64,000 bases of DNA, taken from the NCBI GenBank assembly GCA_963849325.1, contig CAWKHF010000007.1, positions 384,001 to 448,000 on the forward strand, in the 5' to 3' direction. The translations under genes were made by a program, and so were the position numbers. This stretch comes from an uncultured Planctomycetota bacterium (GTDB lineage: Bacteria; Planctomycetota; Planctomycetia; Gemmatales; Gemmataceae). The notes under the pieces were generated by a model. That model did no database searches and was not told where the DNA came from. It saw only the letters and a list, made by a program, of their open reading frames with translations. Below, piece by piece: positions 31,877 to 42,738 of the stretch (the first letter of the stretch is position 1; each line of letters opens with the position of its first letter).

Positions 31877-34138
31877 GTGTTACCGCAGGAAGCCAGTTTC
31901 CCCGACCCTTCCGGCAATGTTCCCCCCGCTCGCCGCGATGCCGTCCCCGTCGCCGGGCGCATCAACCCGCCTCGCCGCGCTGTGAGCGATCCGCACACCT
32001 CGGCCGCGCCGGATGCCCTGTCGTCGGCGCCGGACATGGGGACGTTCTTGCGCGTCTGCGGCGCCGCTGGGTCTCCGCCCTCGCGCTGGGCGGCAGCCTG
32101 GCCATCGTCGCCGCCGTGGCCGCCTGGTTCCTGCTGTCGCCCAAGTACATCGCCTTCGCCCGCGTCAAGGTCGCCTATGAAGTACCCAGCCTCGATCCCT
32201 CCGGGCAGCGCGGCGGCCGGGGCGACTTCCTCACCTACCTGAAGACGCAGGCGGCGCAGATCATGAGCCGGCCCGTCATCTGGGAGGCGCTGAAACGAGA
32301 TGAGGTCAAGCGCCTCAACCTCGATGCTCTGGGCAAAGACCCGGCCCAGTTCATCGAGGAAGAGATGAAGGTCGAGTTCCAGGACAATCAAGAGCTTCTA
32401 ACGATCACGCTGGGCGCCCACGATCCCCAGATCTCGTTGACGCTCGTGAAAGCCATCGTCGATTCGTACATGGACAACATCGTCTATGCCGAGACGCGGG
32501 CGCGCGAGAACCGCGTGGCCCAGCTCGACAAGGCGTACACCGCCGCCGCCGCCGGCCTGAAGCAGAAGCAGGACAGCCTGGCGGCACTGTCCAAGAAACC
32601 GGGCAGCACCGATCCTCTGCTGACGACCATGCGCCTCAACGAGCTGCAATCGCGCATCCGCGAGGCCACCGCCCAGCAGAGCGGCATCCGTCTTAACCTG
32701 GTACAAGCCCAGGCCGACCTGGCCAGCCACGAGGTACGCATCAAGGCGGTGAAGGACCAGGCGGTCTCCGACGCCGTCGTGGAAGCCACTCTGAAGGTCG
32801 ATGCCAAGGCCCAGGCGTACCAGGCCGGCATCACGCGCTGCCAGGACGTCATCACCGATTTCGAGGAAAAAACGCCGGGGCAAACGTGGCCGACGCTCAC
32901 CACCGCGCGCAACAAGATGAAGAGCTTGCAGACCAAGTACGACCAGCGCAAGAAGGAGCTGCAGTAAGGAGATGGCCCATCTGGCCGAGTCCTCCGGCTC
33001 CGGCGGCCGCGAGGAGCTGGAGCTGGCCCGCGTGCAGAAGGCCAACCTCATCACGGCCCTGGAGCAGCGCGATAAGGAGCTGGATAAGGACATCGTGGTG
33101 CTCAACAAGCAGCTGGCCGAGACCAAGCTGGCCGACCACGACCAGGACGGTCTGCGCGATCAGATCAAGCAAGAGGAGCTGTTCGTCAACAAAGTGGGCT
33201 TCCAGCTGAAGCAGGAGCAGATGGAGCTGATGGCCGGCTCGCGCGTCAGCAAGCTGCAGGACGCCGAGCTGCAGAAGAAGGACATGAAGAAGCAGATCCT
33301 CGGCACGGCCGTGGCGCCGCTGGTCGTGCTGCTGGCCGTGTGCATGGGCCTGGCGTGGCTGGAAGTGCGGCAGCGTCGCATCCGCTCGGCCGGCGAGGTG
33401 TCGCGCGGCCTGGGCATCCGCGTCGTCGGCGCCGTGCCCAGCCTGCCCAACCTGGAGCGGCACCTGATCGGGCCGACCGGCGAGCCGGACCTGGAAGGAC
33501 ATCCGGCCCTGGAGTCGATCGACGCCATCCGCACGCTGCTGTTGCGCGACGCCGACGCCGAGGCGACGCGCGTGGTCATGGTCACCAGCGCCACCACCGG
33601 CGAGGGCAAGACGACGCTGGCCAGCCACCTGGCCAGCAGCCTGGCGCGGGCCGGCCGCAAGACGCTGCTGATCGACGGCGACCTGCGGCGACCGGCGGCC
33701 CATCAGTTGTTCGAGCTGCCCATGCAGCCCGGCTTCAGCGAGGTCTGCTCGGCGAGGTCGAGCTGACCGACGCCGTGCAGGCGACGACGCTGGACGGCCT
33801 GTCGTTCATGGCGGCCGGCCAGTGGGACCGCGAGGTGCTGCAAGCCCTGGCCCGCGACGGCCTGGAGGGCATCTTCGAGAAGCTGCAGCGAGGAGTTCGA
33901 CTTCATCGTCATCGACTCGCATCCGGTGCTGCCGGCGACCGATTCGCTGCTGATCGGCCAGCGTGCCGACGCCGTGATCCTGTCGGTGCTGCGCGAGGTC
34001 AGCCAGATGCCGCGCGTGTATGCCGCGTCGCAGCGGCTGACGACGCTGGGCATCCGCGTCATGGGGGCGGTCGTCAACGGCGCCGACCCCGAGGAGGCGC
34101 TGGCCGCCACCGCCAGCGCTCGCTTGGTCAGTCATTGA
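31877..34138 (+). CDS. wzc: Wzc-like polysaccharide co-polymerase / BY-kinase; frameshifted
   Basis: Two TMs flanking a coiled coil; Walker A GEGKTT, A' LLIDGDLRRP, B FIVIDSHPVL; ends GAVVNGADPEEALAATASARLVSH. Confidence 0.85.
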
Positions 34139-34170
34139 TCCCCCGGCCGGGCCGCTTGCGGCCTCCTTCC

Positions 34171-34212
34171 TCCCCTCTCCCCGCTTCGGGGGAGAGGGGT
34201 AGGGGTGAGGGG
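34171..34212. repeat. Intergenic copy of the CCCCTCTCCC...GGGAGAGGGG REP family
   Basis: TCCCCTCTCCCCGCTTCGGGGGAGAGGGGTAGGGGTGAGGGG, near-identical to the left arm of 9080-9178. Confidence 0.9.
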
Positions 34213-34238
34213 ACGGCCCCCATTGAGGAACACGACTC

Positions 34239-34898
34239 ATGATGCGATGGTTCGCTGCCCTGATCGGCTCGGGTGCCTTGATCGCCTGCGGCATCGTCCA
34301 CGGCTTCTGGACCGACCGCTGGGTTCCCCCTGTGGAGACAGCGGAGGCCGCCGCCCGCCTCGACGCGCTGCCGCTGGAGCTGGGCGACTGGGATGGGCAG
34401 ACGCTCGAGGTCAAGCCGGGCGAGGCCGGCGCCGGCGTGGCCGGCTGCATCAACCGCCATTACGTCCATCGCAAGACGGGCACGGTCGTATCGCTGTTCC
34501 TGGTGTGCGGCCGGCCCGGCCCGGTATCGATCCACACGCCGGAGGTCTGCTACGGCGCCAGCGGCTTCATGGTCGGCGCCAAGGGCCGCATCGAGATGGA
34601 GGAGGCCGGCGACAACCTGTGGAAGGCCGACGCCGTTCGCACCAGCGCCACCGACGAGAAGCACCTGCGCCTGTACTGGGCCTGGAACGGCGGCAACGGC
34701 TGGACGGCGTCGGCACGACGCCCGGCTGGAGTTCGTGCGTTATCCGGTGCTGCACAAGCTGTACGTGGTCCGCGAACTGAACGGCCCGAACGAGTCCAGC
34801 CGGAGCGAGCCGTGCGAGGAGTTCCTGCGTGTGCTGCTGCCGGTGCTGCGGAAGACCTTGTTCGTCCCCGGCGTCTTAGGTCGCCGCTTGCGGCTTGA
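34239..34898 (+). CDS. epsI: Exosortase-associated EpsI-family protein; frameshift near 34715, exact stop (34879 or 34898) uncertain
   Basis: N-terminal TM, LPLELGDWDG, LFLVCGRPGPVSIHTPEVCYGASG, LHKLYVV. Confidence 0.8.
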   Translation: MMRWFAALIGSGALIACGIVHGFWTDRWVPPVETAEAAARLDALPLELGDWDGQTLEVKPGEAGAGVAGCINRHYVHRKTGTVVSLFLVCGRPGPVSIHTPEVCYGASGFMVGAKGRIEMEEAGDNLWKADAVRTSATDEKHLRLYWAWNGGNGWTASARRPAGVRALSGAAQAVRGPRTERPERVQPERAVRGVPACAAAGAAEDLVRPRRLRSPLAA

Positions 34899-34966
34899 GC
34901 GTGCCGGACGTTCTCGCCGAGGGAGCGGCGAGGGCGTGGCGTTGCGATCGCCCGGTTGTCTTTTGC

Positions 34967-35805
34967 ATGGAGGCGAGTCCCTTGCCGACAAAGATCACCC
35001 GCCGACCGGCCAGCAACGAGGCTGTCGAAGTCTGGAACGAGACCCAGCCCGCGACGCTGCGCTTCCGCCGCGAGCGCCTGCCTGTCGGCCGCGAGCCGGT
35101 ACGGCCGCTGCGCCACCGCTGGTATCTGTCGTGCAAGCACGTCGCCGATTTCGTCCTCGCCGCCCTGCTGACGGTGCCGGCCGTGCCGCTGGTCCTGCTC
35201 GCCGCCCTGCTCGTCAAGCTGACCTCGCGCGGGCCGGTCTTCTACACGCAGACGCGCGTCGGCGAGAACGGCCGGCTGTTCACCATCTGGAAGATCCGCA
35301 CGATGATCCACAACTGCGAGTCGCTGACCGGCCCGCGCTGGTCGATCCCCGGCGACCCGCGCGTCACGCGCATCGGCGCCTTCCTGCGCACAGCCACCTC
35401 GACGAGCTGCCGCAACTGTGGAACGTGCTGCGCGGCGAGATGAGCCTGATCGGCCCGCGGCCGGAGCGTCCCGAGTTCGTGCCGGAGCTGGAGCGCGAGC
35501 TGCCCGGCTACTGGCAGCGGCTGACGGTGCGGCCCGGCGTGACGGGACTGGCCCAGGTGCAGCTGCCGCCCGACTCCGACCTGGACAGCGTGCGCCGCAA
35601 GCTGGCCCACGACCTCTACTACATCCGCCATCTCAGTCCCTGGCTGGACCTGCGCCTGCTCGTCTGCACGGCGTTCTACGCCATCGGCCTGCCGTTCGGC
35701 GTCGCCGGCGGGCTGCTCGGCATCCCCGATCACCCGATCGTCGAAGAGGCCATGAGCGACGCACTGGGCAACCTGCCCGAGCCGCGCGTCCGCCTCAGCG
35801 CCTGA
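34967..35805 (+). CDS. Priming sugar transferase (monotopic phosphoglycosyltransferase, Bac_transf); frameshift near 35390
   Basis: SRGPVFYTQTRVG, KIRTM, GDPRVTRIG, LDELPQLWNVLRGEMSLIGPRPE, RPGVTGLAQV. Confidence 0.9.
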
Positions 35806-35845
35806 GAATGCCGGGTGGAGGAAATCGAGCCGTTTTACTTCAGGG

Positions 35846-36936
35846 ATGAACGCGATGCACGATCCAGCCATCGGACAGAAACGCGAAAGGCACCCCGCCG
35901 CTCGGGCGGCGATTGTCCCGCGCCCGTTCATCTCGGTCATCGTGCCGGTGCGCAACGAGGCGGCGTTCATCGCCGACACGCTGGAGCAGCTGCTCGGCCA
36001 GCACTACGAGGCGGATCGCTTCGAGGTGATCGTCGCCGACGGCCGTTCGACCGACGACACGCGCACCATCGTGGCGGCGATGCAGACGCGCTTCGCCAAC
36101 TTGCGACTGCTCGACAGTCCGCGTCGCTGGTCCAGCGCCGGACGCAACGCCGCCGTGCGGGCGGCGCGCGGCGACATCATCCTGCTGGTCGATGGACATT
36201 GCGAGTTGAGGAACCCGCATTATCTGCAAGAACTGGCGGATGCCTTCGCCGAAAGCGGTGCCGACTGCGTGGGCCGGCCGCAGCCGCTGGACGTGACGGG
36301 AGCGAGTCGTGTCCAGCGGGCCATCGCCGCGGCGCGGGCGTCGCGGCTCGGCCATCATCCGGCCTCGCACATCTACTCCGACCGCGAAGGCTTCGTGCCG
36401 CCGCAGAGCGTGGCCGTCGCCTATCGCCGCGAGGTTTTCGACACGGTCGGCCTGTTCGACGAGGCGTTCGACGCCTGCGAGGACGTGGAGTTCAACCATC
36501 GCGTGGCGCGGGCCGGCCTGCGCTGCTGGTTCACGCCGCGCGTGCGGGTCCACTATCACCCGCGCGACCGCTTGACCGGCCTGTTCCGTCAGATGGTGCG
36601 CTACGGCCGCGGCCGCGTCCGACTGCTGCGCAAGCATCCGGACACGTTCTCGCTGCCCGGCTTCCTGCCGGCGGCGTTCCTGGCCGGCGTCATCGTGGGA
36701 CCATTGCTGGCGTGCGGGAGTTCGCTGCTGGCGTTGCTCTACCTGGGTGTGCTTGGGCTGTACGGCGCGACGCTCTTGCTGTTTAGTCTGGCCCTCAGCA
36801 TGCGCGAGCGCGATCCGCGGCTGCGCGCCGCTCTTTCCGTTGGTTTTCCTGACGATCCACGCCGGGGCCGGCACGGGCGTGTGGTGCGAGTTGCTTCTCG
36901 GTTCGCCGCCGACAACCACGGATGCGAGGGGAATGA
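35846..36936 (+). CDS. Glycosyltransferase family 2 (ExoA-like) with C-terminal TMs; frameshifts near the 3' end
   Basis: ISVIVPVRNE, VADGRSTD, LVDGH, CEDVEFNHR, QMVRYGRGR. Confidence 0.85.
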
Positions 36937-36956
36937 GACCAAGGAGGGCACTGCCC

Positions 36957-37896
36957 ATGACGAGCCGCGCGGAAATTCGGGCGGAGGAAGACAAGACGCT
37001 GTCAGCGGCGGACGGGTCCGTCGAGGGGCGGGCATTGCTCAACGCGCTGACGATCGACGTGGAGGACTACTACCACGTCTCCGGCTTCGACGGCTGCGTA
37101 TCGCGGAAGCAGTGGGACGATTTCCCCGCGCGGGTCGGCGACAGCACGCGGCGCCTGCTCGACCGGCTGGCCGAGGCCGGCGTGCGCGGCGACGTTCTTC
37201 GTCCTGGGCTGGGTGGCCGAGCGGCAGCCGGACCTGGTGCGAGCCATCCGCGCGGCCGGACACGAGGTCGGCTGTCACGGCTACGCCCACCGCCTCATCT
37301 ACGAGCAGACGCCGCAGCAGTTCCGCGTCGATCTGCGCCTGGCCCGCTTGGTGCTGGAGGACATTCTCGGCGAGAAGGTCACGGCGTACCGGGCGCCGAG
37401 CTTCTCGGTCACGCGGCGGTCGCTGTGGGCGCTGGACGTCCTGCTGGAGGAAGGTTTCCGCTTCGATTCGAGCATTTACCCGACGCACCACGACCGCTAC
37501 GGCATCGCCGGCACGCCGCTGGGACCGCACCGGATTGAACGCTCGGGGGGAGTGCTGTGGGAGTTCCCGCCGCCGGTGTGGCGGCTGCTGAAGTATCCGC
37601 TGCCGGTCGGCGGCGGCGGCTACTTCCGGCTGTACCCGTATGCGTTGACGCGCCGCGGCCTGCGGTCCATCAATGCCGCCGGTCGGCCGTTCGCCGTCTA
37701 CCTGCACCCGTGGGAGTTCGACCCCGAGCAGCCGCGCTTGCGGCCGGGGGCGCTGCGTGCCTTCCGCCATTACGTCGGTCTGCGCCGGACGGAGGACCGC
37801 CTGGTACGACTGCTGAAGGATTTCCGCTTCGGGACGATGTCGGAAGCACTGGCCGAATGGTCGTCGTCCGGCCAACCGGCGCCGCTTGCGGCTTAG
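36957..37896 (+). CDS. PEP-CTERM/XrtA-system polysaccharide deacetylase (DUF3473-containing); frameshift near 37190
   Basis: AAGGAGG RBS; NALTIDVEDYY, FFVLGWVAE, GHEVGCHGYAH, YRAPSFS, GGGYFRLYPY, YLHPWEFDPEQP. Confidence 0.88.
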
Positions 37897-37918
37897 CGCG
37901 AAATCACGGAGTAACCTC

Positions 37919-39217
37919 ATGCGAACCGTCACCCGGACATCCGCCTTGCCCAACGCGCCGCAGCGGCCTACGCGGCCGCTGCGCGTCGTCCTGGTCGATG
38001 AGGAGCTGCCTTACCCGCCGACATCGGGCAAGCGCATTCGCACGCTCAACCTGACGCTACGACTGGCGCGGCGTCACGAACTGACATACGTATGTCACCG
38101 AAACTCCGACGCCGAGGAATCCCGGCAGGCGACGGCATTTTTCGCCGATCGCGGCATCGCCACCATCGTCGTCAACCGGACGGTGCCGCCGAAATCGGGG
38201 CCGCGCTTCTACCTGCGCCTGGCCGCCAACCTGCTGTCGCCGCTGCCGTACTCGGTGGCCACGCACACCAGCCGGGAGTTGCGGCAAGCACTGGCGGAGC
38301 ACGCGCAAACGCAGCCGGTGGACGTGTGGCACTGCGAATGGACGCCTTATGCCGAGGCGCTGCGCGGCATCACCCACGCTCGGCGCGTGGTGGTCGCCCA
38401 CAACGTCGAGTCCATCATCTGGCAGCGCTACTACGAAACCGAGACGAATAGCCTGCGTCGCTGGTACATCGGCCGACAGTGGCACAAGTTCCGCCGCTTC
38501 GAGCGCCGCGTACACGGCGAGGTCGAGCACACGGTCGCGGTCAGCGGCGTGGACGCCGAGCGCTTCCGCCGGGACTTCGACGCCCGTCGGGTCGATGTCG
38601 TGGAGAATGGCGTCGATACCGCGTACTTTCAGCCGCGGGCGGCGCGGCGCCAGCCGGGGCGATTGCTCTTTCTCGGTAGCCTCGACTGGCGGCCGAACCT
38701 CGATGGCGTTCGCCTGCTGCTCGAGCGCGTCTTCCCCGCCGTGCGTGCGGCCGAGCCGTCGGCCCAGCTGTGCCTGGTCGGTCGCAATCCTCCCGATGCG
38801 CTGCGGCGACAGGTCGAGAGCATGCCCGGCGTCGAGCTGCACGCCGACGTGCCGGACGTGCGGCCGTACCTGGCCGATTGTGGCCTGCTCGTCGTGCCGC
38901 TGCGCATCGGCGGCGGTTCGCGCTTGAAGGTGCTCGAAGCGCTGGCCAGCGGCACGCCTGTTATTTCGACGCGGATCGGTGCCGAGGGACTGTGCCTGGA
39001 AGCCGGCCATGACCTCACGGTCGTTGAGGACATCGACGATTTGGCCGCCGCGCTGGTGACGGCCATTCGCCATCCGGCGACGATCCAGGCCCAGGCCGAG
39101 CACGGCCGCGAGACCGTGCTGGAGCGCTACGACTGGGATCGCCTTGCCGAGCAGCTTGAACAAGTGTGGATGCAGTGTGCCACGGGACCGAGAGAAGACG
39201 AGCCGTTTGCGGCTTAG
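37919..39217 (+). CDS. Glycosyltransferase family 4
   Basis: PYPPTSGKRIR, HNVE, FLGSLDWRPN, PLRIGGGSRLKVLEALASG. Confidence 0.88.
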   Translation: MRTVTRTSALPNAPQRPTRPLRVVLVDEELPYPPTSGKRIRTLNLTLRLARRHELTYVCHRNSDAEESRQATAFFADRGIATIVVNRTVPPKSGPRFYLRLAANLLSPLPYSVATHTSRELRQALAEHAQTQPVDVWHCEWTPYAEALRGITHARRVVVAHNVESIIWQRYYETETNSLRRWYIGRQWHKFRRFERRVHGEVEHTVAVSGVDAERFRRDFDARRVDVVENGVDTAYFQPRAARRQPGRLLFLGSLDWRPNLDGVRLLLERVFPAVRAAEPSAQLCLVGRNPPDALRRQVESMPGVELHADVPDVRPYLADCGLLVVPLRIGGGSRLKVLEALASGTPVISTRIGAEGLCLEAGHDLTVVEDIDDLAAALVTAIRHPATIQAQAEHGRETVLERYDWDRLAEQLEQVWMQCATGPREDEPFAA

Positions 39218-39236
39218 CGGGAGGAGAGTTTTCGCC

Positions 39237-40468
39237 ATGAACATCGTCCACCTGACCGCGTCCACCCTCCACGGCGGACCGGAGCGGCAGATGCTGGGAC
39301 TGGCCCACCATCTGCCGGAGACGGACCAGAGTCTCTTTCTGTCCTTCGCCGAGGGCGGCCGTTGCCGGCAGTTTTTGAGCACGGCGCGGCACCACGGCTT
39401 CGAGGCGGTGGGGTTGCGGTTCGACACGCCGCACCTGTGGGCGGCGGTGCGCGAGATCGCCGGCCATCTGCGAGCGCGTCGAGGCCGACGTACTGTGCTG
39501 TCACGGCTACAAGGCCAACCTGCTGGGCCGAATCGCGGCACGACAGCGGAAGATCCCGGTCATCGCGGTCGCTCGGGGATGGACAGGTGAGAGCTTGAAG
39601 GTGCGCGTCTACGAACGGTTCGATCGTTTTCATCTGCGCTGGATGGATCATGTGGTGTGCGTCTCGCAGGCGCAGGCGGTGAAGGCACGCCGCGCCGGCG
39701 TGCGCGCGGATCAGATGAGCGTCATTTACAACGCGATCGACCCATCGCGTTTCGCGGAACCGGACGAACGCTATCGCGCCAAGCTGCAGCGCTACTTCCG
39801 CCAGCCGCGGACGCACCTCGTCGGCGCGGCCGGCCGGCTCAGTCCTGAGAAGGGCTTTGAAGTGCTGGTGACGGCGGCCGAGCGCGTGCGCGATACGCAC
39901 CCGTCGGCCGGCTTCGTGCTCTTCGGCGATGGACCGGAGCGGGCGCGCTTGCAACAGCAAATCAACGCGGCCGGGCTGAGTCAGACCTTTATCCTTGGCG
40001 GCTTCCGGGCGGACCTGGATCGCTTCCTGCCGCACTTCGATCTGCTGGTGCTGCCGTCGTACACGGAGGGACTGCCGAACATCGTGCTCGAATCCTTCGC
40101 GGCGGGCGTGCCCGTGATCGCCACGGCCGTCGGCGGTACGCCCGAGGTGATCGAAGAGGGTGTCAGCGGTCATCTCGTCCCGCCGGGCCATGCCGACGCA
40201 CTGGCCCGACGCATCGGCGAGGCGCTGAGCTGCAGCGGATCGACTGCCCGACATGGGCCGCAAGGGCCGGATGTGTGTACTGGAGAAATTCGGCTTCGCC
40301 ACTCAGGCGCGATTGTACGGAGAGTTGTTTGCCCAACTGTGTCCCGACGCGAGGAAGGCATCTGGAGAGATGGAAGCAGGAACCGAATGCCGCACGAAAT
40401 CTCCGACAATGCCGATGATTTGCGTAGACGAAGACTTTCTCGAAACGGAATCGACATGCAACCGCTGA
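39237..40468 (+). CDS. Glycosyltransferase family 4; frameshifted
   Basis: GGPERQ, HGYKAN, GRLSPEKG, LPSYTEGLPNIVLESFAAG. Confidence 0.85.
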
Positions 40469-41667
40469 CCAGGACGCGACAGGCCGTCGCTCGCCGAGCG
40501 AGCCACCCCGGAAGTTGGGGAGACGCCGCCAGGCCATCGTCCCACCACGGCCGGTGCGCGTGTGCTTCCTGATCGACGAATTGGCGACCGCCGGGACGGA
40601 GGGGCAATTGTTGGCGCTCCTCCGCCACCTCGATCGCCGGCGCGTGCGGCCGTATCTCTGTCTGCTGCGCGGGGACAGCCCAACCTCGCAGGCGCTGGAG
40701 CCGGACGATTGCCCGATCCTCCGGCTGGGCGTGGATTCGCTGTGCCGTCCGGCGACTCTGGTGCGGGCTTGCCGTTTCCTGCGTTTTCTTCGTCGTGAGC
40801 GCATCGATGTCGTCCAGGTGTACTTCCCCGACAGCAGTTACTTCGGCGTGCCGACGGCATGGCTGGCGCGGCGTGCCGCATCGCGTGCGGACGCGCAACA
40901 ACGTCGGCCACTGGTTGACGCCGCTGCATCGCCGCTTGGGGCGGGCGCTCAACCTGCTGACGACGCGGACGGTGGCGAACTGCGAGGCGGCGCGGCAAGC
41001 CCTGCTGGCGATGGAGCGGCCTTCGCCGGAGACGGTCGTGGTGCTGGAAAACGGTGTCGATCTCGGGCGCTTCCGCGACATCCCGCCGCTGGCGGCGCAA
41101 CCGATGGACGACGGACCGCGCGTCGGCGTGGTGGCGAATTTGCGACCCGTCAAGGGGCTTGAAGTGTTCGTCGAGGCGGCTGCCCAGCTAGGCGAGCGAC
41201 ATCCGCGGGCCGTCTTCGAGGTGGCCGGCGAGGGCGAGTTGCGGGCGGGGCTGGAACGGCAGGCGGAGGCGGAAGGGTTGACAGGGCGGTTCAAGTTGGG
41301 CGGCGGCGTGTCGGACGTGCCCGGCTTCCTGGCCGGTCTCGACGTGGCAGTGCTGTGCTCGCACGCCGAGGGCATGTCGAACGCCCTGCTCGAATACATG
41401 GCGGCCGGCCGGGCCATCGTCAGCACGGCCGTCGGCGCGGCAACGGACTTGATCGAGGACGGCGTACACGGTTTGCTCGTGCCGCCGGGGGATGCCGGCC
41501 GATTGGCGGAGGCGATCGGGCGCTTTCTGGACGATCGCGGCCTGGCGCGGCGACTCGGGGAGGCGGCGCGGCGGCGAGCGCTGGAGCGCTACAGCCGCGA
41601 GGCGATGGTGCGGCGCTTCCAGGACTTCTACGAAGGGTTGATTTCGGCGCGGAGCCGTGTGAGGTGA
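40456..41667 (+). CDS. Glycosyltransferase family 4; frameshifted
   Basis: AGTEGQL, VANLRPVKG, SHAEGMSNALLEYMAAG. Confidence 0.85.
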
Positions 41668-41670
41668 CAC

Positions 41671-42738
41671 ATGCCTGACATCCTGACCGACATTCCGGGG
41701 AAACCGGGGCGATTCTGGGGCGAGAACACGACCTTCATCGGCCCCAAGCAGCCGCCGGCGTGGCTGCTGCGCCTGGCCGGAAAGCGCTGGGCCTACAACC
41801 TGACCGGCGCTCTGGCTGCCCTGCGGCTGTTCGCTCGTCGGCGACACTGTCAAGGCATTGTCACCGATGGCGGGTCGAGCGGCATGTTGTTCGCCTGGCT
41901 GCAAGCGCTGTGCCCGTGGGGGCGCAAGCCGCACGTGCTCATCGATTGTCTGTGGGAGCTGCCCCCGTCGCGGCTGCGAGCCTGGCTCAAATCCATGCGC
42001 ATCCGTCTGGCAGCCCGCTCGGTCCATCGCTTCGTCGTCTGGGCCAGCCACGAGGCCGAAGACTTCGCCCGCGCCTTCGGCCTGCCGAGATGGCAACTGG
42101 AGTACGTGCCGTTCCACCACACGTTGCACGATTACGCCTACGAGGTCCGCGACGACGGTTACCTGTTTGCCGGCGGCAATTCGGATCGAGATTATCGCAC
42201 GCTCATCGAAGCGGTGCGTCCTCTCGACCTGCCCGCGTGGATCGCCCTGACGCAGCGTGATCTGCTCGCCGGGATCGATGTCCCGCCGCATGTCCGCGTC
42301 GAGGCGACGACCCCCGAGGGGTTCCGGCAAGCGATGGCCGGGGCGAAGCTCCTCGTCGTGCCGATGCGAAAGGGCACGCTGCGCTCGGGCGGGCAGCAGA
42401 CGTGTCTCAACGCCATGCTGCTGGGCAAGCCGACCATCGCCGTCGGCCGCCGCTGGGCCATCGATTTCATCACCGACGGCGAGGATGGACTCATCGTCGA
42501 ATATGAAGACGCCGAGGGTCTGCGACGAGCGATCCGCTGGGTGCTCGATCACCCCGCGGCCGCGCGGCGCATGGGACAGCAGGCCCGCGCGCGCGCCGCC
42601 TGGTTTACGACAGAGCGGTGCATGCGCACCGTCCACGACCTGGTTCGAGATGCGGCGGGCGGCGGACGGTCGCGGCCCCGGATGGATCGTCCGAACTCTC
42701 GCCTGGAGCTTGTACACGATGCCGGTACGTCCCGCTAA
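41671..42738 (+). CDS. GT-B fold glycosyltransferase (GT4-like)
   Basis: Intact ORF; FAGGNSDRDY, VVPM..GQQTCLNAMLLGKP, DGEDGLIV. Confidence 0.75.
   Translation: MPDILTDIPGKPGRFWGENTTFIGPKQPPAWLLRLAGKRWAYNLTGALAALRLFARRRHCQGIVTDGGSSGMLFAWLQALCPWGRKPHVLIDCLWELPPSRLRAWLKSMRIRLAARSVHRFVVWASHEAEDFARAFGLPRWQLEYVPFHHTLHDYAYEVRDDGYLFAGGNSDRDYRTLIEAVRPLDLPAWIALTQRDLLAGIDVPPHVRVEATTPEGFRQAMAGAKLLVVPMRKGTLRSGGQQTCLNAMLLGKPTIAVGRRWAIDFITDGEDGLIVEYEDAEGLRRAIRWVLDHPAAARRMGQQARARAAWFTTERCMRTVHDLVRDAAGGGRSRPRMDRPNSRLELVHDAGTSR

Noticed and set aside
34393-35805. Apparent EpsI-sugar transferase fusion ORF
   Set aside because: Chimera of frameshifted fragments of two genes
35846-37896. Apparent GT2-deacetylase fusion
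   Set aside because: A strong AAGGAGG RBS with ATG at 36957 and a TGA at 36934 in the neighbouring frame are better explained by an indel
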